Origin: Clostridia bacterium
GTDB lineage: Bacteria > Bacillota > Clostridia > Oscillospirales > CAG-272
NCBI GenBank assembly: GCA_017536475.1
Contig: JAFXHH010000010.1
Coordinates: 73,517-137,516, forward strand
Reading direction: 5' to 3'
Length of the DNA stretch: 64,000 bases
Each line of letters starts with the position of its first letter. The first letter of the stretch is position 1. Below the pieces are notes generated by a model. It did no database searches. It was not told the DNA's origin and worked only from the letters and a program-made list of their open reading frames with translations. A program made the translations under genes and the position numbers. Positions 54,252 to 63,944 of this stretch are shown piece by piece.

Positions 54252-57200
54252 TTATTCGCCAAGAGATTCGAGGTATGCGCTCGTGTCCTCGCACATTGCT
54301 ACGAATGCGATGTCGATTGCAAGTCCCGTGGGAACTCCGTCTGACTGGTTGAGCGCGTCAAGGCGGATATATTTAGCGATATATTTGCCGTTTGCATCAG
54401 GTGCAAAGGTTTTACCCGTTGACGCGTCGAGAATTACGAGGTGCCATTCACCGTCTGCCACAAGAAGCTCTTTGCCGAGCGTGTTGACGTGGTCGCCTGC
54501 GGTCGCATCGGTGTTGCTGGTGCTCGTGAAGCACTCGATGAAAAGATTCTCGGTAACCAGAGCCGCATGCTCGGCGGCGATGCGGTACTTAATTACGATA
54601 TACTGACCCGTCACTTCATTTCCTCCTGCGTATATGTTGAGGAAGGCTTCGGGTATGCTCTTTTCCGTGCCGATGGTCACGTAGCTTTCGTCGTCTGCAA
54701 GAATTTTGGAAACTCCCGAGTTTCCGACTGCTGCGGAGATAGCAGAAGCATCGATGAAGAGATCAAAATAATCTGCGTCACTTGCTTCACCCGTTCCCGT
54801 GGAAACGTAGATCACGGAGCTGGTGTTTTCGTTCTGTACGAGATCTACGGATACCATGTCCTGATTGAGCTCGAGAGCTGCATCAATGCTGTCGCAGAGA
54901 GCTATGTACTGAAGATCAATATATGAGGTGGTTGACATAACTGCGTTGAATATATCGAATCTGAAGTACTTGGTAGAATAGCTGCCATCTTCGTTTGCAA
55001 CGAAGTTTTCGAGGTTAAATGCCTTAAGATCGATCACCATAACGTGCCATTCGCCGTCTTTCTTGACGTCGCGTGACAGCATCCAGTCCTTAGAGCCGAT
55101 GATGTCAGTCGCTTCGGTGCCGATATATACCTGGAAGAGACCGGGATCGGTATCGTTAGTAGTGGGAACTCTGTACTTGACGACTACGTATCCGCCTGTG
55201 GTTTGGGCAGTAATGGGGAGAGAGAAGCACTTTTCTACGCTTGTGCCATCACCGTAGATACGAACGCAGGTGTCGTCCTCTTCAAGAGCAGCGCCTGTGA
55301 TTAGCGAGATATCGGATGCGCTCCAATAGTTCTCTATATCGGGGGTATCGTCGGGAATTTCGGGCTCGACCCAACCTGTGAATTCCTCGGAGGCTTCTAC
55401 CTTGAAGGTTCTGGTCTGGTCGCCTGTGAGCGTGGTTACGAAGGAGTAGGAGAAGGTTCCGTCTCCGTCATAGTGTACTGCATAGCCGTCGTAGAGGTGA
55501 GAGTTGCCGTATTTATCGGGAGTCGTGGCGGAGCTTACGTCAACGAGTACCCATTCGCCGTCAACGAGCTCGTAAAGCTTGGGAGCTGTGAGAAGATCAA
55601 ATCCGTATACACGGAAGGTCACGTTGTTCTCTCCGCCCGAGAGGGTGAAGGTTGCGTCCTTACCGTTGGTGGTCTTGATCGAGGGGAGGAACTCGCTATC
55701 AAGAACGGTTGCGTTCTCAACTGCGATTGCCTTGAAGGGATCGAGAAGCGAGTTCTCACGAACGTCTCTTACGTTCTGGTCGGGAGCAACGGAGGTGTCA
55801 CCGTTTCTGTACGCCTGGTTCCACCAAGGCATAATGATCGAGTTGATGGTGATGGTTGCACCAGCCTTGATAGTCTGTGTGCCGTCGATATTGAGGGTGA
55901 GCGATCCCGTGCCGTCCTCCTCGTATACTGCAAAGTTGACACCGTCGTCGCTGCCGTCGGCATTAAGGTCAACGAAGGAGTTATAGATAAGGAAGGAAAC
56001 GTCTGCCATTTGCGTACCGGGGGTATTGGAGGTCTCGTACATATCGAAATAGGGACAATCGGTGCCGAGAACGTACTTGGTTCCTTCGGTCATGGTAGCT
56101 ATTTCAGCAACTGCGCCGTTTTCGCCCCAATATCCAAGCTTGGAATATCCGTCTCCGTATCCGCGGACAGAATAGAAGGAGAAGTTCTTGTAGAACTCGT
56201 TGATGGTAACGTCCTCCTTGACGGTGTACTTCATAGTGTAGTACGCTCTGTTCTCGTCGAGCTGAGGCATTTCCATATGAGTGTAGGTAACCTCGATCTT
56301 GCCGTCGTCGGAGAAGTAGGTCAGGTCGATATCTGCGTAGGTAGGTCCTGCCGCCTCGATGTTGTTGACGATGCTATCCGAATTCACGAGGTTTCCGTCG
56401 CTGTCGGTATACTGCAGGAAGTAATGGAATCCGCCGTTGTCGTGCTGGGGATCTCCTGCCCAAAGGGGAGCAGACGCTGCTCTGTGGTCGGGGAGGGTCT
56501 GGAGGTCCTTATTGTAAACGTAGTAGTTCGCAATACAGTTACTCTCGGTTACACCTGTAGAAAGGTGATAGTAGGGAGCAAAGAACTGAATGGAGGATAT
56601 TTGCTTAAGCGGATATTTACCCCAGTTCATATAAAGCTGAAGCACGGTGAGCTCCTGAGTCACTCCTGCGGAAAGCGCTACGGGGAATCTTACCTCGCTG
56701 TACTTGATATCGCCCCAAGCCCAGATCGGCTCCTCGAATTCGTTTGCGAAGTTCTTGGAGACCTCTACGGGTATGGGAAGCATCATATCGTTACCGTCGA
56801 GCACTGCACCGCACTCGATGCTGGTAGAGTATGTGTATGCGAGAACGTACATATTACGGTCGTAGTCATCACCCTTCACGGAGAAGGATACTGCGCCGTG
56901 GAAGTTCTGTTCGTGGTAGTATGCGGTGTTGAAGCCTATGTTTTCAGCTACGGTGAACGCGTAGATTCCGCGCAGGCCGTCGTAGCCGTCGAAGGTTGCG
57001 TTAACGGTCTTATCGGTGTTGATAACGATGTTTTCACTCGTAAGGGGGTTACGCTCGATATACGCCTGCTCAAGAAATTCTGCGAAGTCGTGAGAAGCGT
57101 CGGTGTATATTCTCTGACCGAAGAAGAAGTCGGTCTTGGAGCTGTAGATGTCGGTGCTGGTGCCCTGGAAGCCTGCAACGTCGTTCTGAGAATAAACGGT

Positions 57201-58550
57201 GTTGTGAGCCTCGAGCTTGCCGCCCTCGGGAACGGTGGTCTGCTTGATCACGTAGCTTCCGTCCTCAAGAGTTACCGTAAGAGTGCCGCTGGTCTCGTCC
57301 TTTGCGAGTATGTATCCGAAGATACCTGCGTCCTTGATATCGAAGCCGACGTACTCGGCGCTTGCCCAGTCGATGCCCTCGAGATCGTAGTGGAGGCCGT
57401 TCTTATCGTAAACGACGAGCTTATCTACGGTGTCTGCCGCGATCTTGGTGACCATACCGATCTCCTTGATTCCCGTGACGTTCTCGGTTGCGATGAGGCG
57501 GGCGATCTGATGGAGCTTATCGGTGTAGGTGTGGAGGTTTCTGTCAAGCAGGATCTTGGGAGCTCCGTCGTCGTTTACGTTGACGAGCTTGACGCTCGAG
57601 ACCTCGATCGTTTCGCCTACCTCGCCGTTAAAGTCGAAGCGGAAGCCGTTGATGTTTCCGTCGAAATTCTTAACGGTGCCCTGATCCAAGCGAATGGTGT
57701 AGGTGTGGAACTCACCGTCGTTCTTGGTGTAGAAGGTTACGTGCTGATCGTTGGTGTAGCTGTTGATACCGCCTGCGGAGAAGTATACGTCGACGTTGGT
57801 GGTCGAGGTGACCTTCATAGTGATCTGAAGCGCGTTTGCCTCGGATGTGGGAACCTTAAAAGATCCTACTTCCGTATAGAAATAGGGGTCGCGGTTGCTT
57901 TCAATCGTGGATTTGAGAACGCCGCCCGTAGGATCGGGTCTGGTCATATCGTTCGACTTCTTAAACAGCTTCAAGCTGATATCCTTAACGTCGGATATGG
58001 TCGTATCTCCTGCGAAGTTCTGTCCGTAAAGGCGGATATCATAGTAGTAGTATCCGTAACGGAAGATGTTCGACTCCGCGTCGTAGAACGAGCCCGAGGA
58101 GTAGTAGGTCTTTCCGTTCTCCATAGCAACGTACACGTCCATAGTGTCGGTCACGTATGCGTTACCCTTCTTATTTGTGATGGTAACGAGCTGTTTTTCG
58201 GTGCTCGTGAGGGGATAGGTGAGATTCATATTACCGTTCTCTACGCGATAGTGCTCACGCGCAGGATCGGTGAAATACGAGGTCACGCCGTTCTTGAGAG
58301 AATCGGCGTTTTCGATGAGCTCGGCGTAGGGACCTTCAAGTTTGGGTTCGCCCAAGTCGGTGGTTTCTTCGGTGGTATCCTCGGTGCCACCTGTAGTTCC
58401 TTCGGTGCCGTTAGTAGTTCCCTCGGTGTTATCCGAGCCTTGCGTTGAGGTCTCTTCGTTTCCACTCGGAGTATTGCACGCAGCAAGCATACCGACGGTC
58501 ATGACCGCTACGAGAAGGAGAGCGATGAGAGCTAAGCTTCTTTTTTTCAT
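54252..58550 (-). CDS. very large extracellular lipoprotein (1432 aa) with repeated beta-sandwich-like modules; function unknown
   Basis: It starts MKKRSLALIALLLVAVMTVGMLAAC (lipobox), followed by a Thr/Gly/Glu-rich linker. Two paralogous C-terminal modules are present. I chose the ATG at 58550. Confidence 0.6.
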   Translation of the reverse strand: MKKRSLALIALLLVAVMTVGMLAACNTPSGNEETSTQGSDNTEGTTNGTEGTTGGTEDTTEETTDLGEPKLEGPYAELIENADSLKNGVTSYFTDPAREHYRVENGNMNLTYPLTSTEKQLVTITNKKGNAYVTDTMDVYVAMENGKTYYSSGSFYDAESNIFRYGYYYYDIRLYGQNFAGDTTISDVKDISLKLFKKSNDMTRPDPTGGVLKSTIESNRDPYFYTEVGSFKVPTSEANALQITMKVTSTTNVDVYFSAGGINSYTNDQHVTFYTKNDGEFHTYTIRLDQGTVKNFDGNINGFRFDFNGEVGETIEVSSVKLVNVNDDGAPKILLDRNLHTYTDKLHQIARLIATENVTGIKEIGMVTKIAADTVDKLVVYDKNGLHYDLEGIDWASAEYVGFDIKDAGIFGYILAKDETSGTLTVTLEDGSYVIKQTTVPEGGKLEAHNTVYSQNDVAGFQGTSTDIYSSKTDFFFGQRIYTDASHDFAEFLEQAYIERNPLTSENIVINTDKTVNATFDGYDGLRGIYAFTVAENIGFNTAYYHEQNFHGAVSFSVKGDDYDRNMYVLAYTYSTSIECGAVLDGNDMMLPIPVEVSKNFANEFEEPIWAWGDIKYSEVRFPVALSAGVTQELTVLQLYMNWGKYPLKQISSIQFFAPYYHLSTGVTESNCIANYYVYNKDLQTLPDHRAASAPLWAGDPQHDNGGFHYFLQYTDSDGNLVNSDSIVNNIEAAGPTYADIDLTYFSDDGKIEVTYTHMEMPQLDENRAYYTMKYTVKEDVTINEFYKNFSFYSVRGYGDGYSKLGYWGENGAVAEIATMTEGTKYVLGTDCPYFDMYETSNTPGTQMADVSFLIYNSFVDLNADGSDDGVNFAVYEEDGTGSLTLNIDGTQTIKAGATITINSIIMPWWNQAYRNGDTSVAPDQNVRDVRENSLLDPFKAIAVENATVLDSEFLPSIKTTNGKDATFTLSGGENNVTFRVYGFDLLTAPKLYELVDGEWVLVDVSSATTPDKYGNSHLYDGYAVHYDGDGTFSYSFVTTLTGDQTRTFKVEASEEFTGWVEPEIPDDTPDIENYWSASDISLITGAALEEDDTCVRIYGDGTSVEKCFSLPITAQTTGGYVVVKYRVPTTNDTDPGLFQVYIGTEATDIIGSKDWMLSRDVKKDGEWHVMVIDLKAFNLENFVANEDGSYSTKYFRFDIFNAVMSTTSYIDLQYIALCDSIDAALELNQDMVSVDLVQNENTSSVIYVSTGTGEASDADYFDLFIDASAISAAVGNSGVSKILADDESYVTIGTEKSIPEAFLNIYAGGNEVTGQYIVIKYRIAAEHAALVTENLFIECFTSTSNTDATAGDHVNTLGKELLVADGEWHLVILDASTGKTFAPDANGKYIAKYIRLDALNQSDGVPTGLAIDIAFVAMCEDTSAYLESLGE

Positions 58551-58686
58551 AATAAAATCCTCTCTTTTAGAGTAATAAAGGTGCACAAGACCCTATGATA
58601 CTATTCTACTTGTTTTTATGCAATGTGTCAAGTAATATTTTTCGGTATTTATAGCACAAATTTAATCACGTGTTTAAAATATTTCT

Positions 58687-59118
58687 TTATTTAAGAAACC
58701 CGTACAAATACTCGATAGCTACTTTATATCCGTCAAAGCCAAGGCCCATAACTGTTTTTTGCGCGGCGAGGGAGATATAAGAGTGCTTTCTGAATTCATC
58801 GCGAGAATTTATGTCGGATATGTGGACCTCGACTGTCGGTATTGAAACCGCTTTGAGTGCGTCGAGGATCGCAACGGAGGTGTGTGTATATGCGGCGGGA
58901 TTTATTACGATCCCGTCGAATTTTCCGTAGGCGTCCTGGATCTTATCGACTATTACGCCCTCGTGGTTGGATTGGAATATCTCGTGGTCAATTCCGAGAG
59001 CTTGGCAGGTCTTGTCTATAAGGGCGCAGAGCGAGGCGTAATTTTTGTTTCCGTATATCTCGGGTTCGCGGAGCCCGAGCAGGTTGAGATTTGGTCCGTT
59101 GATTATCAATATTTTCAT
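58687..59118 (-). CDS. aroQ: 3-dehydroquinate dehydratase, type II
   Basis: ILIINGPNLNLLGLREPEIYG and HISDI motifs are present. Confidence 0.9.
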   Translation of the reverse strand: MKILIINGPNLNLLGLREPEIYGNKNYASLCALIDKTCQALGIDHEIFQSNHEGVIVDKIQDAYGKFDGIVINPAAYTHTSVAILDALKAVSIPTVEVHISDINSRDEFRKHSYISLAAQKTVMGLGFDGYKVAIEYLYGFLK

Positions 59119-59121
59119 TTT

Positions 59122-60375
59122 TTATGCCTTTCCGTATTTTTGGAGTATCTCGGCGGCACACTTCTCGGGTGTTGCGTCGTTTGAGACCTCGAAGTTGCAT
59201 ATTTCACGGTAGAGGGGAAGTCTTGCGCGATACATCTCGTCGAGCTTGTTTTGCTGAGAAAGCGGACGGTCGGCGGTCGGGAGCTTATCGATGCTGCGGT
59301 GGATGAAGAATATTTTTCCGTTTTGTCGCAACGGATCGAAGTTTTCGCGTCTTGTGACGACTCCTCCGCCCGTTGAGATTATCATTCCACTCATTTTACC
59401 CGCGTTTTTGACCTCCTTGTGCTCGATCTGACGGAAAATTTTCTCGCCGTCGGCGGTGATTATTTCGGAAGGAGATCTTCCTTTCGATGAGGTTATCATT
59501 TCGTCGGTGTCGATGAATTTGCGCCCTGTCATTTCTGCGAGCAACTTTCCGACGGTGGTCTTTCCGCTTCCGGGCATTCCTACGAGGATAATGTTTCCCG
59601 TTTGATTGGCGATCAAAGCGTTTATACGACCTATTTCGCTATCCGCGATCTTTTCGCCGAGAAAAAACTCGCATGCCTTCTTGGCTTGGGCGACAAGCAT
59701 TGAAAGCCCGTTGGCAAAAGGAATACCAAGTCGCTCAGCATCGAGCAAAAGCTTGGTCTTTGCGGGGTTGAAGATCATATCAAGGACGCCTTGACAGCGC
59801 TTGAATTTTTCAAGCGTCACGGGGGATTCTCCGTTGGATTTCGGATACATTCCAACGGGGGTGCAGTTGATCACAACGTCGGTGTCGGGGCATTTTTCGT
59901 AGACGTTTTGGTAATTGATCTCACCCGAGCGCGAAACGAAGGTGATCTTTTTTGCGCCGAGGTCCTCGCTTACGGTCTTGGCGGTCAGCGATGCGCCGCC
60001 CGTGCCGAGAATCAGGACATTTTTATCCTTTATTTCAATGCCGCTTTGATCTACGGCGTATTTAAATCCGTAGTAGTCGGTGTTATAACCGCATTTTTTC
60101 CCGTTTTCTGTCTTGACTACGGTGTTTACCGAGCCGATCCGCTTTGCCTCGTCGGAAATTTCGTCAAGGTAGGGTATAACGGTCTTTTTGTAGGGTATGG
60201 TCACGTTTATGCAGTCGTATCTGTCACTTTCGAGAAAGCCTTCGACCTCGCTCTCGGACATTTCAAAGAGCTCGTAGGAATAGTCGGCAAGCTCTCCGTG
60301 TATCTGCGGTGAGAAGCTGTGACTGAGCTTCTCGCCGATAAGACCGCATCTCATATTCTGTTTTCCTGTTATCAT
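59122..60375 (-). CDS. aroE: bifunctional shikimate dehydrogenase / shikimate kinase
   Basis: The N-terminal AroE part has SHSFSPQIH and GTGGAS. The C-terminal AroK part has GMPGSGKTTVGKLLA and FIDTD. Confidence 0.85.
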   Translation of the reverse strand: MITGKQNMRCGLIGEKLSHSFSPQIHGELADYSYELFEMSESEVEGFLESDRYDCINVTIPYKKTVIPYLDEISDEAKRIGSVNTVVKTENGKKCGYNTDYYGFKYAVDQSGIEIKDKNVLILGTGGASLTAKTVSEDLGAKKITFVSRSGEINYQNVYEKCPDTDVVINCTPVGMYPKSNGESPVTLEKFKRCQGVLDMIFNPAKTKLLLDAERLGIPFANGLSMLVAQAKKACEFFLGEKIADSEIGRINALIANQTGNIILVGMPGSGKTTVGKLLAEMTGRKFIDTDEMITSSKGRSPSEIITADGEKIFRQIEHKEVKNAGKMSGMIISTGGGVVTRRENFDPLRQNGKIFFIHRSIDKLPTADRPLSQQNKLDEMYRARLPLYREICNFEVSNDATPEKCAAEILQKYGKA

Positions 60376-60401
60376 TTCGGTCTCTTTCTGCCGTCTTGGC
60401 G

Positions 60402-61550
60402 TCAGACTATTTCGTTGTATGCTCCGAGCAAACGGAGCTTTTCACCTCTTGCTTCAAGCTCGCAAAGCAGGGGCTTGAGCTGGTCTGAATAGACCGATAG
60501 GGTGAAATCAAAGTAGAACATTGATTCAAAATCGCGCTCGGGAATGGGGGTGGACTCGAGCTTGGTCATATTGACACCGAGGGAATTGAAGCAGGAGAGC
60601 ACGTGATAAAGTGCGCCCGGCTTGTTGTGAGTTACGAGCATTATCGAGAATTTATCCGCGCCGGGATAGATCTCGGGCTCCTTGGAGATGCAGATGAATC
60701 TCGTGTAGTTGTTGCCCATGTCCTGAACCGCGCCTGCGAGAGTGTCGAGACCGTAGAGGTCGGCGCAGAAGCGAGAGGAGAGCGCGGCGAGGTCATTTCT
60801 GCCCGATTCGGCAACGGCTTTTGCCGCCATTGCTGTATTTGCAACTACGGTTATCTTCACGTTGCCGAGGCTTTTGAGAAAGCTCTCGCTTTGGTTGATC
60901 GCCTGCTCGTGTGAGACTATTTCTTTGATGTCCGAGAGCTTTGAGCCTCGGTTTGCGAGCAGGCAATGGTCGATCTTGAGGCGAAGCGATCTTACTATAT
61001 GGAATTTATGGTTTATCATCAGCTCGTAGACCTTTTTGACCGAGCCTGCGGTGCTGTTTTCAATAGGCAACACTCCGTAGCGACACTCGCCGTTTTCGAT
61101 GGCAGAGAAGACGCTGTCAAACGTGGGGCAGTAGCTGATAGAGGGAAGCTCGAAGAGCTTTTCTGCCGCTATCTGCGAGTATGCGCCCTCGACTCCCTGA
61201 CAGGCTACCTTGGCGCGAGAGGGGAAGGTTCTTGCGGTCGATTTGAGAGCTTTTTGTATGCCGTTATATATCTCGGACGAGCCGCCGAGCTTTGTGTGCT
61301 GATAGGCGCGTGAGACGTCGAGCATCGTGTGATAGAGCGTGCGCGCGTAGCCGTCGAATTCTTCTCCCGCCATATCCGATACGCGACAGAGCAGGGATCT
61401 TTCGCGCGCCGCGTCGAGCACGGGGAGTCCGTGCTCACGCTTATACTCGGCGACGCTTGCGGCGATTCCCATACGCTTGCGGAAGAGCGCGACTATTTCC
61501 TCGTCGGTTTCGTTTATTTCTTCTCTTAATTTATTGAGATCGAGTTCCAT
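60402..61550 (-). CDS. pheA: bifunctional chorismate mutase / prephenate dehydratase
   Basis: It has an AroQ-type CM helix (LREEINETDEEIVALFRKRM), PDT motifs (VACQGVEGAYS, NYTRFI) and a C-terminal ACT domain. I chose the ATG at 61550. Confidence 0.85.
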   Translation of the reverse strand: MELDLNKLREEINETDEEIVALFRKRMGIAASVAEYKREHGLPVLDAARERSLLCRVSDMAGEEFDGYARTLYHTMLDVSRAYQHTKLGGSSEIYNGIQKALKSTARTFPSRAKVACQGVEGAYSQIAAEKLFELPSISYCPTFDSVFSAIENGECRYGVLPIENSTAGSVKKVYELMINHKFHIVRSLRLKIDHCLLANRGSKLSDIKEIVSHEQAINQSESFLKSLGNVKITVVANTAMAAKAVAESGRNDLAALSSRFCADLYGLDTLAGAVQDMGNNYTRFICISKEPEIYPGADKFSIMLVTHNKPGALYHVLSCFNSLGVNMTKLESTPIPERDFESMFYFDFTLSVYSDQLKPLLCELEARGEKLRLLGAYNEIV

Positions 61551-61626
61551 TATAAGTTCCTTTCTGAATATCCCGAACGGTTGTGTCGGGAGGACAGCGC
61601 GTGTGGCTAAAGGCTTGGGGCTTGCG

Positions 61627-62706
61627 TTATTTATCAAGCATCATATCGACAAGCGCGATCGCGGCAGCCGCCTCGAAAACGGGGACGGCACGGGGGACGA
61701 TGCAGGGGTCATGTCTGCCCGAAACCGTCATTTTGACGTTTTCCATACGGGAGAGCGAGACGCTGTCCTGCTCCTTGCCGATGGAGGGTGTTGGCTTGAT
61801 GGCTGCGCGGAAGATAAGGGGCATTCCGTTTGTCATACCGCCGAGGATCCCTCCGCAGTTGTTTGTTTTGGTATATATGCGCTCTCCGTCGGTCTCAAAA
61901 GGGTCGTTATTCTGCGAGCCGAGGAGTGCCGACGAGCCGAAGCCGAGTCCGAATTCAACACCCTTGACGGCAGGGATGCCGAATACTATCGAGGAAATTC
62001 TGCCCTCGACTCCGCAAAACATGTGCTCGCCCCAGCCGACAGGGAGTCCGATCACGGCACATTCAACGGTGCCGCCGACCGAGTCGCAGTCAAGTCTTGC
62101 TTTTTCGATCGCCTCGCGCATTTTTGCTCCTGCTTCTTCACTTATTGTCGGGAAGCTATGGGAACGTAGCACATCGAAGTCGGATTTTGAGACGGTTACC
62201 TTGTCAAAGGTCTCGTCGGCGAGGTTGCCGACGCTTGAAATGTGAGCTGCGATGCTTATGCCTCGCCTTTCAAGCATTTGCAGGCAGATGCCGCCCGCGA
62301 TACACATGGGCGCGGTGAGTCTGCCCGAAAAGTGTCCGCCTCCGCGCAGATCTACCTTGTCTCCGTATTTCATTCTTGCGGCGTAGTCAGCGTGAGAGGG
62401 GCGCGGGGTGTCGGCAAGCGACGAGTAGTCACCCGAGTGTTGATTCGTGTTATATATCACTGCCTCTATACGCTCGCCTGTGGTCACTCCGTTTTCGTCG
62501 ATTCCCGAGAGAAAGACGGGGGTGTCGGGCTCTTTTCTTTTCGTGGAATAGGGATCGTTGCCCGGCGCGCGACGCGCCATAAATGCGGCGAGGGCGGTCA
62601 TATCTACTTTTTCGCCTGTGGGGATACCGTCAAGCGTCATTCCGATCCTTTCGTCGTGTGAGCCGCCGTATATTTTCAGTTTCAGGTTGATTCCGTACGT
62701 ATTCAT
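61627..62706 (-). CDS. aroC: chorismate synthase
   Basis: GGSHD, GGGHFSGR and SGRHDPC motifs are present. Confidence 0.92.
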   Translation of the reverse strand: MNTYGINLKLKIYGGSHDERIGMTLDGIPTGEKVDMTALAAFMARRAPGNDPYSTKRKEPDTPVFLSGIDENGVTTGERIEAVIYNTNQHSGDYSSLADTPRPSHADYAARMKYGDKVDLRGGGHFSGRLTAPMCIAGGICLQMLERRGISIAAHISSVGNLADETFDKVTVSKSDFDVLRSHSFPTISEEAGAKMREAIEKARLDCDSVGGTVECAVIGLPVGWGEHMFCGVEGRISSIVFGIPAVKGVEFGLGFGSSALLGSQNNDPFETDGERIYTKTNNCGGILGGMTNGMPLIFRAAIKPTPSIGKEQDSVSLSRMENVKMTVSGRHDPCIVPRAVPVFEAAAAIALVDMMLDK

Positions 62707-63944
62707 TTGAAATTCTCCGCAAAGGTGGGGTAGGATTTGTTTATCGCTTCAAAGCGCGTTATTGTGACGCCTTCGGTCGATACAAGGGAGGCTATCGCGG
62801 CGCTCATCGCGATACGGTGGTCGTTATACGAGTCGACGGTGCCGCCGAGAAGACCTTTTTTGCCGTTTATTATCATTCCGTCGTCGGTCGCGGTTATATC
62901 TGCGCCGAGGGCGGCGAGAGTCGCGCAAACGCTCTCGATTCGGTCGCTTTCCTTGAGTCTGAGTCTGCCTGCGTTGTAGATTCTCGTTTGCCCATCGGCT
63001 ACCGAGGCTACGGTTGCGAGGATCGGCACGAGGTCGGGAATCTGCGCGGCATCTATTTCAATCCCGTGCAATTTTGATGGGTAGACCGTTATTTCGTTGT
63101 CGCCGTGCTTTGTGTGGGCGCCCATTTTTTCAAGGATCGCTACTATTTCGCGGTCTCCTTGTCTTGATTTTTCGCTGATTCCGCTTACTGTGACTGCGTT
63201 TTTGCCTATTGCGCCTGCGGCGAGGAAGAACGCCGCGTTTGACCAGTCGCCGCCGACGGTCAGCTTTTCAGGGGAGTGCAATTTTGCTTGTCCTTCGATG
63301 GTAAAGCGGTTGCTTTCGATATCGAAGTCGATCTTCGCGCCGAATGACCGCAGAGCGTCGGTCGTCATTTCTATGTAGGGCGCGGATTCGATCTTCCCCT
63401 CAAGTGTCAGGGTGCTTTTGCCGTTTGCAACCGAGAGCGCGAACAAAAGTCCGCTTATATACTGCGAGGAGATATTCGCCGCGACGGCATAATTGCCTGC
63501 GCCGAATTTTCCTTTAATCGTCAGGGGATTTTCGCCTTGAGGTGTAAGAGCTACGCCGTTGTCCCTCAACATCTCATATAGAGGGGAGAGGGGGCGGCTT
63601 GCAAGTCTGCCGCGCATATTGAAGCTACAATCAGCTCCGAGGCTTGCCGCAAGCGGAAGCATAAAGCGCAGGGTCGAGCCCGATTCGTTACAGTCGAGCA
63701 TTTGGTTGCTTCTTGTATCGGATGTGGGGGTTACGAGAAAGCCGTTTTCTGTGCGCCTGATATCCGCGCCGAGTGCGCGAAGGCAATTTGCGGTCGCGTC
63801 GATATCGGCATTAGTATCTGTGCACACTATCTCGGTAGGGCTATCGGCGAGCGCGGCGCAGATCAGATATCTGTGCGCCTCGGATTTCGAGGAGATAGCC
63901 CGAACCTGATCTTTTGCTTGACTATTTTTAAAGGTCTTGTCCAT
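62703..63944 (-). CDS. aroA: 3-phosphoshikimate 1-carboxyvinyltransferase (EPSP synthase)
   Basis: SKSEAHR, GNAGT-like and RLKESDR motifs are present. GGAGA lies 6 nt before the ATG at 63944, and the same frame stays open to the window edge. Confidence 0.9.
   Translation of the reverse strand: MDKTFKNSQAKDQVRAISSKSEAHRYLICAALADSPTEIVCTDTNADIDATANCLRALGADIRRTENGFLVTPTSDTRSNQMLDCNESGSTLRFMLPLAASLGADCSFNMRGRLASRPLSPLYEMLRDNGVALTPQGENPLTIKGKFGAGNYAVAANISSQYISGLLFALSVANGKSTLTLEGKIESAPYIEMTTDALRSFGAKIDFDIESNRFTIEGQAKLHSPEKLTVGGDWSNAAFFLAAGAIGKNAVTVSGISEKSRQGDREIVAILEKMGAHTKHGDNEITVYPSKLHGIEIDAAQIPDLVPILATVASVADGQTRIYNAGRLRLKESDRIESVCATLAALGADITATDDGMIINGKKGLLGGTVDSYNDHRIAMSAAIASLVSTEGVTITRFEAINKSYPTFAENFK

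Noticed and set aside
55473-58448. A 991-aa ORF lies antisense to the giant lipoprotein gene. Similar long antisense ORFs are at 41428-42711, 21225-22295, 5115-6548, 7206-8417, 13801-14964, 24766-25914, 27796-28911, 44243-45229 and 61477-62245.
   Set aside because: All lie exactly opposite well-supported genes with recognisable products. Their translations are low-complexity and rich in V, G, R and L, with no motifs or RBS. They are shadow ORFs produced by the codon bias of the sense strand (few TTA/CTA/TCA codons).
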